64,000 nucleotides of DNA, taken from NCBI RefSeq assembly GCF_009914755.1, contig NC_060932.1. One strand, 5' to 3'. Of this stretch, positions 39,671 to 54,989 are shown piece after piece. The notes beneath the pieces were generated by a model. It did not search any database, was not told the DNA's origin, and worked only from the letters and a program-made list of their open reading frames with translations. A program made the translations under genes and the position numbers. The DNA is from the human T2T-CHM13v2.0 reference genome, Homo sapiens. How positions within the stretch are numbered: position 1 is the stretch's first letter; the number at the start of each line of letters is the position of its first letter.

Positions 39671-41448
39671 ATAATACTTACCTCCTAAAGTCTGAAGTGT
39701 TATGTGAAACCTTGCAGGAAGGGCATGCTGCAGAATTATAAAGTGTGTTCTGCCATATATTGCTTCCCACTAAACTGCAATGAGAATTGATGGGAGAGAC
39801 CTGTGTGGAGGAATTATCTGAAGATGCTGGTCAGTATCCATTCTGAGAGAAGCAGGGCATCTGAAAGGAGGAGCACTGTGTGTGTTCAGAAAGCTTGGAT
39901 ATATCTTCTCTGGAGTTTAAAGGCGTGGACAGGTGTTTGACATATAGGCGAGTTCTAATGATGTTTGATTGACTTGAGCTGGCAGAGAAAAGAGAAGGAA
40001 GGCTGTTAAGAGAAAACTGCTTCCTACTGGTGACTTGTTTTCCTAGGGACCAGATGTGGGCCCATGTGAGGAATCCAATTTGGAGTTGCTTTCAAAGGAA
40101 AACTGCCCAAGAAAAAGTCTTGAAAACTGTGAACTATCCCAAACTAAGTAAGGGATATTTTGCTAAAAGCCCAGGGGAGGGGAGAAATTTTAAGTGGCCA
40201 GCTGGAGGAGATTATGTCCCATAGCCTAGGAACTGCAAATCAAGGTCTCCAAGGGCACTGCAAATGCAACCCCAGAAAGGAAGAGTTGTTTTTGGAATTG
40301 TATAATACCCAGAAGGCTCTGTTGCCAGATCATAATGGAAGACCCTATATGCTACTTTCTTACCTCTCTCTCTCCTAGAATCAGACTCGGGAGGATCCCA
40401 AACAATCTAGGCGAGAGTATGACAGATGAGAAAATTGAATTAGAGTTTGGACAATTGTCGTATTAATTTAAGTTTGATTTAGATGTTTTTAATACTTGGA
40501 AAAAAGAGTTGTTTAATATGTAACAACAGCAACAAAAAGCTGTTGGATCTCCTTGAAATTTTATCTGAAAGGCAGGACTGAGTTGGTGTACTGAGAAGAT
40601 TGGAAGGTAAAAACCAGTAGGTTAACTGATTGTGTTGTTTCTTATGTGCCCTTCAACATTCAACTAACTCCATAAATTGTCCATATATTTATAGGAAAAT
40701 AATGTTGCAGAAAAAAGCTCCTTGCCTAAAGTGGAGGAATCTTGGCACGATAAGTAATTCAGTTCCAATTAACATGAATACAAGATGCAGTTCTACAGTA
40801 AGATAAACTCTTATGTGTGTATGTATACCTATAAACACGTGCATCCACGCACATGTCATAGGCCAGGCAGCTCTAAAAAGATGGAGATTTAGGAGATTTA
40901 GGTTGATTTAGGAGATCCTGTAGGATACAGGACAGTGGTAGCGTGGGAAGCTAATTTCTAGGAAAAGCCCTCACACTAAGGACTACCACCTGAGCATTCC
41001 TCGCCAATGAAGAATGGAGGAGGGAGAATGTCTTCCTTTTCCATTCTCGATTCTCCCTCTAAATGAGCCAAAATATAATCCGTGACAGAACATCACATCC
41101 CGACCTCCAATCAAAGTTCCACAAGTAGTTTCAGGAGACAGCCTAATATGAATACCCTGGTGGTAATTACTAACTATTTAAGGAAAGGCAACACCATAAC
41201 AAAGGTGCACCATTAACAAGTGGTGTAATTACTATCAGAGAAAACAAAGTCAAAAGAACAGTTACAACAGATTCTAAAATGAACATTTTTTTTATTCTGA
41301 GAGAGATATGGACCATTCAAAAAGCCAATAAATATTATAAAATTAAGTTTTATTTATATCGAATACAAAAGAAAAAGTAGATGAAATAAAATAGCAGGAT
41401 AGTTATAGCTGAAAATTATCGAACAGGAAATTGGGTAGAACTGTTCTA

Positions 41449-41816
<368 letters not shown>

Positions 41817-41874
41817 GGATAAATAAAGAAATATAAGGGATATGAAGGATTGATTAACTTGAGAAATTTTTTTA

Positions 41875-42178
41875 TAGTTAGTATTAGGCTAGAAAATAAA
41901 ATTCCCCAAATTTCAGTGGCCTATCACATTGAGCTTTGACTTCTCAGTCTCCCAAATCTGCCCCATGTCCAGGCTGCTCTTCAGAGCAGTGTTCCATCAT
42001 CTGCCAGCTTTGTAATTCAGACAAAAGGAAGTACGGGATCATAATGGCACCATGCACCACCTGCTCAATGCTTCCACTGGAGAGTTCATTGCCCACAGCA
42101 AGGTACATGGCCAATTCTAATTTCAGGGATGGAGAGATGCACTCCTTGGTTGTGTCTGAAAAGAAAGAAAGCATCACA
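41875..42178 (-). mobile_element. Old MaLR LTR (MLT1J/K/L-like) within L1ME-like sequence
   Basis: CCCCAAATTTCAGTGGCCTA..TTCATTGCCCACAGCAAGGTACATGGCCAATTCTAATTTCAGGG. Confidence 0.55.
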
Positions 42179-43144
42179 GTGTCCAGATGGGTCAGAGAGG
42201 GAGAATGGACAGAGGTAATATTCAGAGATATAATAAAAAATGTTGTCTTAGAACTGTAGCCAAACATTTGTCTTCATGTGAAAAGAATTCATAAAAGTTT
42301 ACACTATATGCCTAGCACTGTTCTGAATGCTAGACGTCACCTGTGTTTCAACAGTGATCAAAAGAGACACAAGCTTTGACCTCATGGCATTCAAGTTATA
42401 ATAGAAGAAAACAAATAACATTGGCAAGTGGTTGACAAGTTTGATCAAGATAAAAACAAAAAGAGCGTAAATAGCAAAGAATTATAGAATACATAATTAT
42501 AGAATATAACTTCAAAAATAAAAAGTATTACAAAACTAATAAGGAATATTCAGAGGTATTTACCAACAATTTGGAAATTATTACATTACTACTGGAGAAT
42601 GTAAAATTCCACTATCAGTATAAAGAAAAGTAGTATTAGAGCCAAAGAGAAAAGTAAAACGCTTCTCAAGGTCAGTAATCAGTATAACCTTTCCCCGTGA
42701 TTTATCCAACAACAGAGATTTCCTTAATTTTTTGTATTTAACTGTTCACATAAAAGAATTATCTGTTTATTGAAATGTTAAGAATTAAGTTCATAGCCAC
42801 ATGGGTAAGTAGTTCTTTTGTTTTACACATGGCCCATTCATATTTCTCAATATATTCTTGAAACCCTGTTATATTTTTAGTTTCCAGATAATTTTCCATT
42901 TAATTTAAATGTATATATCATGTGGTATATATACTGTCTAAAACAAAAAAGATCTGTATCTCATAATTTGTTTTCTCCCTATTTTTTACTATTTGTGTTT
43001 ATTCTTTTCTCTTGATTAGCTTTGCTAAAAACTATCCTGATTTTATTATTTTTACAGTTTAACCTCTCATATTCTCTTACTTTTATCTATTTGTCAACAG
43101 CACTTTTATATATTTTTTGTTGCTGCTTTCAGAGATTATTTCTT

Positions 43145-46100
43145 AATTATTATTATTATTTTATTTTACTTTAAGTTCTGGAATATATGTGCAGAACGTG
43201 CAGGTTTGTTACATAGGTATACATGTGCCATGGTGGTTTGCTGCACTTATCAACCTGTCATCTAGGTTTTAAGCCCTGCATGCATGAGGTATTTGTCCTA
43301 ATGCTCTCCCTCCCCTTGCCCCACATCCCCCTACAGGCCCCAGTGTGTGATGTTCCCCTCCCTGTGTCCGTGTATTCTCATTGTTCAATTCCCACTTATG
43401 TGTAAGAACATGCAGTGTTTGGTTTTCTGTTCCTGTGTTAGTTTGCTGAGAATGATGGCTTCCAGCTTCATCCATGTCCCTGCAAAGGACATGAGCTCAT
43501 TCTTTTTTGTGGCTGCATAGTATTCCATGGTGTATATGTGCTGCATTTTCTTTATCCAGTCCATCATTAATGGGCATTTGGGTTGGTTCCAAGTATTTGC
43601 TATTGTAAATAGTGCTGCAATAAACATACATGTTCATATGTCTTCATAGTAGAATGATTTAAAATCCTTTGTGTGTATACACACAGTAAAGGGATTGCTG
43701 GGTCAAATGGTATTTCTGGTTCTAGAGCCTTGAGGAATCACCACACTGTCTTCTACAATGGTTCAACAAATTTGCACTCCCACTAATTGGGTAAAAGCAT
43801 TCCTATTTCTCCATAGCCTTGACAGCATCTGTTGTTTCCTAACCTTTTAATAATCACCATTCTAACTGGTGTGAGATGGTATCTCATCGTGGTTTTGATT
43901 TGCATTTCTCTAGTGACCAGTGATGATGAGCTTTTTTTCATATGTTTCTTGGCCACATACATGTCTTCTTTTGAGAAGTGTCTGTTCATATCCTTTGCCC
44001 ACTTTTTGATGTTTTTTTTTTCTTGTAGATTTGTTTAAGTTCCTTGTAGATTCTGTATATTAGACCTTTGTCAGATGGTTAGCTTAAAAAAATTTTCTCC
44101 CATTCTGTAGGTTGCGTGTTCACTCTGATGATAGTTTCTTTTGCTGTGCAGAAGCTCTTTAGTTTGATTAGATCCCATTTGTCAATTTTGGCTTTTGTTG
44201 CAATTTCTTTTGGTGTTTTAGTCATGAAGGCTTTGCCCATGCCTATGTCCTGAATGCTGTTGCCTAGGTTGTCTTCTGGAGTTTTTATGGTTTTGGTTTT
44301 TATATTTAAGTCTTTAATCCGTCTTGAGTTAATTTTTGTATAAGGTGTAAGGAAGAGGTCCAGTTTCTGTTTTCTGCCCATGGCTTCTGCTTTCAATATT
44401 TAGTGTTTCCTTAAGGAGGTCATGTAAGGCTGGCCTGGTGTGACAAAATCCCTCAGCATTTGCTTGTCTGGAAAGGATTTTATTTCTCCTTCGCTTATAA
44501 AGTTTAGTTTGGCTGGATATGAAATTCTGGGTTGAAAATTCTTTTCTCTAAGTATGTTGAATATTGGCCCCCAATCTTTTCTTGCTTGTAGAGTTTCTGC
44601 AGAGAAATCCTCTGTTAGTCTGATGGGCTTCCCATCAGACTAACCTGACCTTTTGTCTCTGGCTACCATTAACATTTTTTCCTTCGTTTCAGCCTTGGAG
44701 AATCTGACGATTATGTGTCTTGGGGTTGCTCTTATCAAGGAGTATCTTAGTGGTGTTCTCTGTATTTCCTGAATTTGAATGTTGGCCTGTCTTGCTAGGT
44801 TGGGGAAGTTCTCCTGGATGACATCCTGAAGTATGTTTTCCAGCTTGGTTCCATTCTCCCCGTCACTTTCAGATACACCAATCAACCGTAGGTTTGGTCT
44901 TTCCACATAGTCCCATATTTCTTGGAGGCTTTGTTTGTTCCTTTTCATTCTGTTTTCTCTATTCTTGTCTTCACACCTTATTTCAATAAGTTGATCTTCA
45001 ATTTCTCATATCCTTTCTTCCTCTTGATCAATTCGGCTATTGATACTTGTGTATGCTTCACCAAATTTTCAGGCTGCATTTTTCACCTCCACCAGGTCAT
45101 TTATGTTCCTCTCTAAACTGGTTATTCTAGTTAGCAGTTTCTGTAACCTTTTTTCAAGGTTCTTAGCTTCCTTGCTGGGTTATAACATGCTCCTTTAGCT
45201 CATAGGAGTTTGTTATTACCCACCTTCTGAAGCCTACTTCTGTCAATTCATCAATCTCATTCTCCGTCCAGTTTTGTGCCCTTGCTGGAGAGGAGTTATG
45301 ATCATTTGGAGGAGAAGAGCCATTCTGGTTTTTAGGAATTTTCAGTGTCTTTGCCCTGGTTTTTCCTCATCTTCAGAGATTTATCTACCTTCGATCTTTG
45401 TGGCTGATGACTTTTGGATGGGGTTTTTGTGTGGGGATACTTTATGTTCATGTTGATGACGTTGCTTTGTGTTTATTAGTTTTTCTTCGAACAGTCAAGC
45501 CCCTCTTCTGCAGGTCTGTTGCAGTTTGCTGGAGGTCCACTCCAGACCCTGTTCACCTGGGTATCACCAGCGGAACTGCAGAACAGCAAAGATTGGTGCC
45601 TGCTCCTTCCTCTGAAAGCTTCATCCCAGAGGGGCACCGGCCTGATGCCAACCAGAGCTCTCCTGTATGAGGTGTCTATCAACCCCTTTTGGGAGGTTTC
45701 TCCCATTCAGGAGGCACAGGGTCAGGGACCCACTTGAGGAGATAGTCTGTCTCTTAGCAGGGCTGGTGTGCTGTGCTGTGAGAATCCCTCTTGTCAGGAT
45801 CAGTTGCTCTCTTCAGAGCCAGCAGAAAGGAACAATCAAATCCGCTGAAGCTGTACCCACAGACTCCCCTTCCCCCAGGTGCTCTGTCCCAGGGAGATGG
45901 GGGTTTTGTCTGTAAGTCCCTGACTGGGGCTGTTACCTTTCCCTCAGTGATGCCCTGCCCAGTAAGGAGGAATCTAGAGAAGCAGTCTGGCCACAGCCAC
46001 TTCGCTGTGCCCAGCCCAGACCTCCCAGCCTCCTTAGCACTCTCAGGGGAAAACTGCCTACTCAAGCCTCAGTAATGGTGGACACCCCTCCCCACACCAA

Positions 46101-46691
46101 GCTTGGTAGTCCCACATTGACTTCAGACTGCTGTGCTGGCAATGAGAATTTCAAGCCAGTAGTTCTTAACTTGCTGGGCTCCGTAGGAGTGCCACCCACT
46201 GAGCGAGACCACTTGGCTCCCTGGCTTCAGCCCCCTCTCCAGGGGAGTGAATGCTTCTGTCTCACTGGGATTCCAGGCACCACTGGGGTATGAAAAAATA
46301 CTCCTGCAGCTAGCTCGGTGTCTGCCCAAACTACCGCCCAGTTTTGTGCTTGAAACCCAGGGCCCTGGTGGTATAGGCACGTGAGGGAATCTCCTGATCT
46401 GCAGATTGCAAAAACCATGGGAAAAGCGTAGTAACCCGGCCAGGAACACAGTCCCTCATGGTTTCCCTTGGCTTAGGGAGGGAGGTCCCCAGCTCCTTGC
46501 AATTCCCTGGTAAAGTAACACCCCACCCTGCTTCTGCTCACCCTCCATGGGTTGGACCCACTGTCTAACCAGTCCCAATGAGATGATCTGGTTACCTCAT
46601 TTGGAAATGCAGAAATCACCCACCTTCGGTGTTGGCCTTGCTGGGAGCTGCAGACCAGAGCGATTCCTATTCGGCCATCTTGGCCCCTCCC
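43145..46691 (-). mobile_element. L1PA7/8-like element with intact 5' and 3' ends but a large internal deletion
   Basis: 5' end GGGAGGGGCCAAGATGGCCGAATAGG; ORF1p fragment MKRNKQSLQEIWDYVERPNLRLIGV (44640-44948); jump at ~44385 to late ORF2 ([15 protein letters not shown]); 3'UTR and tail. Confidence 0.95.
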
Positions 46692-47543
46692 TTTTTGTAA
46701 TTATTTCTTTTCTTTTGTGTTCTTAATTTTATTTTGTGGATCTTTAATTTCTTAAATAAAATCTTAATTATTTTCATTCCGTTTTAAAACTAATTCAATT
46801 ATTTAAAGTTTTGTGTATCCAAAATAAAATTTTAACACTTTTTTTTATATACTATAATCTGCAGCATTCTTTTTTCTTTTCTGATATTGAAGTTCTGCTT
46901 TTTCCCCAGTAATTATGTTGGTAGGGATTTCTTTTTAACTTTCAGGTGATAAATCTGGTTATCATACTTTTAAAAAGTATTTATCTCTTGATTTCTTCAA
47001 TTGTCATCAAATAATGTAGATTATGAAAATTTTAACTTTTAGGCTGAAAGAAAGCTGTTCTTATGGCCTAGAACATGAGTCATTTTGTAAAAGATGTGCA
47101 GACAATACAAAATAATTATCCTCACATTATAGCATGCAATGTTTTATGTATTATAGACATTAATTCAATCCAATTCCCTATCTTACTTTTTTTTTGTACA
47201 GGTGAACTGTTACAATTAAAAGAAGGTGTAACTCCTGGAAAATTGACTGTTTATAAAACTTGCCCATTTTTGTAGTTGATATTATGTTATATAAATCATA
47301 AAGGGTGATTACTATTATGTTTTCATTTGTACCTACAACCTTTTAATATGAAGTTTTCCATTTAGTATTATTTAATACATTGCCTCCAATTTATCATTTT
47401 AGACAACGTTCAGCATTCCTATTGCTGTTGCTGTTCTTTTTATGTTTCTCACGAAGCAAAAATTTATAAAAATCTCTCAAACAAAAGAGAGTGTACCACA
47501 AGAAGACACCTGCATTGAAACCCAATCTAAGAACCCCTTAGAA

Positions 47544-48225
47544 CAGAAGTTTACAAACTTTTTCTCTAAAGTAAAACAAACAAACAAAAAAAACCCACAC
47601 GTGTTTCTATTCACTATTTAAGGCTTTACAAGCAAAGTCAAAATTAGGAATAATATAAATGTACTTACATAAGAGAGAAAACCAGTTTTCACAAAATTCA
47701 AAATGTAGTAATTGAACAAAATATTTTATTATACAGATTGACTAATAAGAAGAATAGGATTATTTTCTGAGGAGACAGCATTTTGCTTAATTGGGGTTCA
47801 GAGTTAGTTTCCCATCATGAAAATCAATTGTTAATTGCAGATGTTCATCTGTTAATAATGATCTGTTATGAGATTTTACATATTCCGTCTTTGAATATGA
47901 AATGTGTGTTCTTTCACAAAGCATGTCTTATAACACCGTGGTTTAACTGTAGTGATGTGATCACCACATACAGTTTCTGTCACAAATATTCCACTCTGCC
48001 ATGATAGCATAAAAACTGCCATGAACAATTCATAAATGAATGGATGTGGTATGTTCTAATAACTTCGTTTATGAACTCCGAAATTTTAATTTAATTTGAT
48101 TCTTATGTGTCACCAGGTATTTTTTTATTTGGGTTTTTAAAATAATTTAAACTTGTTAAACTATTATTGGTTTGTGAACGGTACAAAAATAGGATGTGGG
48201 CTGTATCTGGCCGATGTTCTGTGAA
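47544..48225. mobile_element. Cheshire/MER58-family hAT DNA transposon remnant
   Basis: CAGAAGTTTACAAACTTTTTCTCTAAAG start; CAGTTTCTGTCACAAATATTCCACTCTGCCAT..CATAAATGAATGGATGTGG..GTACAAAAATAGG..GGGCTGTATCTGGCC are MER58-type motifs. Confidence 0.75.
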
Positions 48226-48425
48226 TTGCTGAGCCATTCTTTAGAAACAGGAATTCCTGATGAATGCCTCCTTTTCAATCTTTCATGGGCCACTTACTGT
48301 TTTTCTCATGATGTCTCTGCTTCTCTCAAATTTTCATTTCCTGATACTATTTTTCAGACTTCTCATCCCCTCCTCAAAATACCTTTTCTCTTTCTTATCC
48401 CTTTCTTCTTAATTTCTCTTTTCAT

Positions 48426-48569
48426 CTTTATTTTATTTTATTTTTTGTAGAGACAAGATCTCACTATGTTACCCAGGTTGGTCCCCAACTCCAGGACTCA
48501 AGCAATCCTTCTGGGAACCTTGGCCTTGCAAAGTACTAGGATCATAGGTGTGAAGCACTGTGCCAGGCC
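48426..48569 (-). mobile_element. FLAM/AluJ monomer
   Basis: GTAGAGACAAGATCTCACTATGTTACCCAGG..CACTGTGCCAGGCC. Confidence 0.85.
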
Positions 48570-48969
48570 ATTCTTATTAATAATTTCTTAATGTCTTCTC
48601 CTTCATGTTGCATTTCCTGTTTGCCTCCCTTATGAGCATGCCCTCATTCTGCTTCACAGAATTTATTTGGCTTTAGTTGCTACCCTGCATTGCCCCATTA
48701 ACTCAGCTGTATTTCCTAATTCAAATTACTAAGACAGAGGGAATTTGATTGCTCTCATTTATTATCCCATAATTTTCATGTCATACATAAATCACAGATA
48801 TTCCCAAGAAATGGTTGTCCCTGAGTCCAGAGTACATCCTCAGCCTAACGAACCATAAGGAAGTGGTAGTGGGTCTCCTTCAGTCCTATTTATGGCCACC
48901 TCCTTAACATGGGCCATGTAGCAGACATGTCTACTTAGAAGGAACCTCAAAGTGAGACAGGCATTTTGA

Positions 48970-49279
<310 letters not shown>

Positions 49280-49768
49280 ATGCACTTTCTTTTGTTGTTT
49301 ATATTTGCATGTCATATTTCATCCAATCCTTTCATTTTAGATTTTCTGAATCACTTTGATGTTAGGTGTGCTTTTTGTCAAATATTACGTGGTTACCTCA
49401 CCCTTGGTATCTTTGTCTTTAACGGGTTTCCTGACCTTGCACTATGGTTATCATTTACTCTTCTTGGTGGCTTTTATAATCATCTTGCCAATTCTCATAA
49501 AGTTGTAGTTGTAATTTTGTTTTTTTAATTAATTTGGAGATAAGTGACATCTTCACCAAATTTTATCTTTTCATCTCGAAACATAATGGAACATTTTATT
49601 TATTAAGGCCTCAGGATATTGGGTGCAATCCTGCAGTTTATTTTTATTGTTACTTCTATTTTAAATAAGATAGTTTTACTGAATTTTTTAATTTTACAAA
49701 ATTGTTGATTAATCATATATATGGAATATATGCATACAAACATGCACACAAACACACAAACACACACA

Positions 49769-50269
<501 letters not shown>

Positions 50270-50394
50270 TATATATATTTTTTTTTTCTGCTCTTATTTC
50301 AATTGTCTAGAACCTCCACAGTCGTATGTAAAAATAGTGGTGATATTATGCCTCTTTTTTTATGAGAATGTTTTCTATGTTCATTCCTTTTTCC

Positions 50395-50665
50395 CATTCA
50401 GTGAAAATTTTTGAGTGTTTAGCGGATGTCCTCGGATTTGGAATTCTAGTGAAAACACCAGTGAAAAATACCTTGGCCTTTCGAGTCTGCAGTCTAGTGA
50501 GGGAAACAGCCACAATAAATGTAATAAATAGGTAACCATACAATATCTTAGCTGTAGAAAATAAAGGGTAGAGCAAGGTCTAGGGGATTATGAGAAGGAA
50601 ATGAGATGAGGGACTACAATTTCAAAAAAGTGTGGTCCAAGTAGAACTCATGGAAAATGATCACT
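50395..50665 (-). mobile_element. L2 3' fragment
   Basis: CATTCAGTGAAAATTTTTGAGTG..GCCTTTCGAGTCTGCAGTCTAGTGAGGGAAACAG. Confidence 0.65.
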
Positions 50666-50894
50666 TCTCAGTTATCCCAAAGATCTCAAATTGAAATGTC
50701 GAGCTGCTGCAAATCCCACGGTAGGAGACCATACAACTACCAGGAGAATGGCACAAGTGAGGTTTTGGAACTTAGAATAAACCTCTTACCATCACTGAAA
50801 ATGTTGTCATTAATGAAGCTGGAAGTATGTTGTGACTTTTGATATGTTTCCACCAATGAAACAGTGTTGATAGAACACAGCGGCTCGACATAGT

Positions 50895-51312
50895 TAATAT
50901 AGTTTGTATGTTGTCCTTGCCAAAATTTTATGTTGAATTTTACTCTCCAATGTTGACGGTGTGGCCTGGTGGGAGATGTTTGGATCATAGGAGCAGTTTC
51001 TCATGAATAATTTAGCACCATCCTCTTGGTACTGTCCTCAAGATAATGAGTTAGTTCTTGCAAGATCTGGTGGTTTAAAAGTGTGTGGCACCTCCACTCT
51101 GTCTCTTGTTCTTGATCCCACCATGTGAGATACCTGCTCCTCCTTCACCTTCTGCCAAAGCTGTAAGCTTCCTGGGGCATCCCCAGAAGCAGATGCCAGT
51201 GTTATGCTTCCTGTACAGCCTGAAGCACCAGAACCATGAGCCAATTAAACCTCTTTTCCTATAAATTACCCAGTCTCAGGTATTTATAGCAATGTAAGTA
51301 TGGCCTAATACA
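50895..51312 (+). mobile_element. MSTA MaLR solo LTR
   Basis: GGCCTGGTGGGAGATGTTTGGATCAT..CCCCAGAAGCAGATGCCAG..ATAAATTACCCAGTCTCAGG..GGCCTAATACA. Confidence 0.9.
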
Positions 51313-52518
51313 ACAGCATAGACTTATTATTTTTGACCTTGGTCTTCTGAGAAATGAGAGTAAATGGACACCTAGTAGAAAGCTCTCCTTTGGTTCTGAT
51401 GGCCTAATGCTGAAAAGCATTTTTTTTTTTCTTGTTACTTTTTCTTTCCTTTTTTGTTTTAACACCAGTTCCTCACCCACATAGCTGGGGAAAAATTCCT
51501 TCTGCATTTTGCTAATATTTTCAATTAGGAGGATCATGCCTTTCAAAATCCAAATGAACTGTAATATCAGCACTATTTAAAAATGTTTTTAATTCTAATT
51601 TTTGGTTACTTTGTGAATCATGTATACATATCTTTAAATAAAGTTGGGAGAAGGCAGGAGTTACTTGCCAAAAGCAATTTTAATGTAGGATATTTTAATT
51701 ATTACTTCAGCCTGAAATATTCATTAGTTCTATTGTTCTTTAATATTCATAACATCAGAATAGTTTAAGTGCTAATATGCACATTATATAACTTCTTTTT
51801 ACTGTATAAAGTGATTATGATAGTGGAATATGCAAATTTTTGTCCATTTTTATTGACAAATTCGAACTTGTTACGTAAAAAAAGTTAAACTTGATTCTAT
51901 TTTTACATTTTGTTTAAACCATTTTCAGATACTATTTTTATATGTAGAAGAATAAGCACATAAATCTTTGAATTTAGTAAAGATACTCTAAAATTAGGCA
52001 TGCTGAGTTTTAAGATAGTTTAATTAATAGATTATGAATTCAATAAAATATATTAGGTTTTAAAACATATTTTTGAGGGCTTTTAAAAATTAATTAGACT
52101 TTGGGAGGAAGAATTGTAAGAAATAGATAAAATTCCATATTACTAAAAAGATGTCAAATAAGCAAGTTTATATATTGAAAACCTAATTGTGAAACTGAAA
52201 TGCTTAAGTATTTTATTTAAACACCTAAAATACTATTCCATAGCTATTTTTATCTCAGTTTAACTGAAAGTTTGTCTTTGAAAGCTTTTCTCCTACAATT
52301 AGATTACATTTCAGCTGGGAAAATTCCAGATTTTTTCTGACTCACTCAATGTAAGTTTTATTCCCAAATTTTAATCTTTCATGGTCTTAATATACTGTTG
52401 CAATCAGTGGCATAAGTTTAAACTTATATTTCCCTCACCTAATTGAAGAATACAGTTGGCTGTAAATCTTGAAATAAACTGCATGAAAGTCAAAAGAAAG
52501 GAAGCAGATGGAGTGCTA

Positions 52519-52842
<324 letters not shown>

Positions 52843-54989
52843 TTAAACTATGCATATACTCACATGATAAATTATTTTAGTCACAATTACAATTTAGTTT
52901 GTTTCATCACATCTATTGTTCACACATTTGCTTTTGAACAGAACAAAAATGCAGTCATTCCTGCTCTACCACATTTAATCACAATATAATCAAAGACAAG
53001 GTTTACCCTGTGGCAAGGTGGTAACTTCACTATCAGTGGAAGGCACAAAAATACTGTAACCACCATGGCTAAAATATAAATAAATGTTAGTATCCTGAAT
53101 TAGTATGATGAACTGAACACATTGGTCAAGGAAACAGAAAAATGGACAAATCATTTTTTCTAATTTTTATACATTATTTTCATCAATAACTATAAAACGA
53201 ATGTAGCCAGCAAATTCAGTAAACCAAATGTATGAAAATCTACTGGGATTTAAATGTTTAAATGTGTTGTTAGAATATGTGTGATCAGTTAAATCACTCT
53301 CTGATGTGTTGATTTTTCAAGTAGATGTGAGACAATTGATAAATTTAATATTAAGATTCACACTGATATTTAATAAGCATTATAATGTTAAATCAGAGCA
53401 AATATTTCAGTCATAAAAAAGTAAAAAATAAAATGCAAAAGTCATCAGCCCTCCCCCCCAATTAGTGACAGGAATAAAGAAGGTTAAAATATTTAATCTT
53501 CATTCTCTTTTTTGTATGACTTTATTTCTTTGCAACATATGCAGGAAATGCAAGAAAACAAAAGATATTTACTTATCAGAGTTGTGTATGAAACAAAAAA
53601 GTGCCCTGTCTCCCATGGACGGACAGTAAATGTGCATAAGACTAGTGAAGATTCTTGGGTTCAAAAAATATTCTTAGGATTAATTTTCTTTCAAAAAATA
53701 ATTTTACTTCATTTGCTAGAGCTTTATGTAATTATAGACATTAATCATTTTGCATTTGTACAAGCTAGGGGATCAATTTATGCATTTTAATTGTTAGCAC
53801 AAATAAAGTCTATATATTTAATGTGCTTGTTTCAGAGTAAAAATTGACAGCTAAGATTAAAAGAAAATCTTAAGCAAGCTGTTTACATAAAACAACAGAG
53901 AAATCCAATTATATTTTTAATATAATATAATTAATATGAAAACAATACTAAGATGAGTCCTTGCAAATGCTCAGGAAAGCTTGACTGCTGTATCACTTGA
54001 AAAAAGAAGTGTCTATGTGTCTTTGGATTACTTCTAGAATATGGATTTTCACCAGTGAAAGTTAACTCTCATTCTTAGTAGTCGATGTATCTGAGATCAT
54101 TCTACATATACAGAACAGATTTTTGAAATATTAGGCAAAGAGGAATTCAAATTATAGAAAAGCCCTACTTCCAAATTTTAATTTAATATATAACATTGTG
54201 GTAGAAGTACAAATGAACAACAGTTCATAGATTTATGAGTAATTCAAGAGGAATAAAGAACATGAGCCAAAAACAAGTGAAATTTTAATATTTGGAAATG
54301 TAGAACTTGAAATGTTTTTGAAAGAATGTGGAATACAATGGCATATTTGAGATGAAAAACTGTCTCTTGTATACACCCATCTTTGATCAATCACAGCTTC
54401 TTCCCTCCCTGCCTCATGATCCTCTGTTGAATACCTTCTCCCCACTGTCATCTACCTTCTTTCTCAAGGGTTCGTCCATGCTCCTGTGGTTCTTCTAGGT
54501 GCATCCTGATAGCTCAGAACAGCCATGAGGCAGGCAACTGAAGCTTGAGCTCTTCCCTATGCAGTAGCACATTACACCGCTCCTTTCCTTTCTTGCTGAT
54601 GGAAACAGAAAGTTAATCATGAAATACTGTCTGGGCTTGCCTGTCTGTGACCATTCATGGCAAAGAATGAACCTGACTAAGCAATAAAATAAATAAATAA
54701 ACAAATCACACTGATTGGTTTAATATGAATTATCTTAACAACTTGCATATTCATAAAAAACTTCAAGATTAATAACCATTGCTTAAAGCCTCTTTTATAA
54801 TAAAAATAAACCACCACTTGATCATGCTTGACAGTTTGAAAAACATATTCACGTATTTTATGGATCATAGTTATTCGCTTACCTAAAGATGTTGCCAAAG
54901 TTCAACCCTGGTCAGTTAAAACAAGAGCAGTTGACACAGTGTGTGCCTGAGGAACCAGCACTTAAGCTAGCACTCTCACCTCTCTTCAG

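Noticed and set aside
39700-40680. Possible ancient LTR (LTR78/Gypsy-like) or L1ME 5' region
   Set aside because: Repeat-like texture but too degraded to assign without a profile search
44079-46449. Cluster of overlapping ORFs in the GC-rich segment as a gene or CpG-island promoter
   Set aside because: All lie in the L1PA 5'UTR, ORF1 or ORF2 remnant; CpGs are largely decayed
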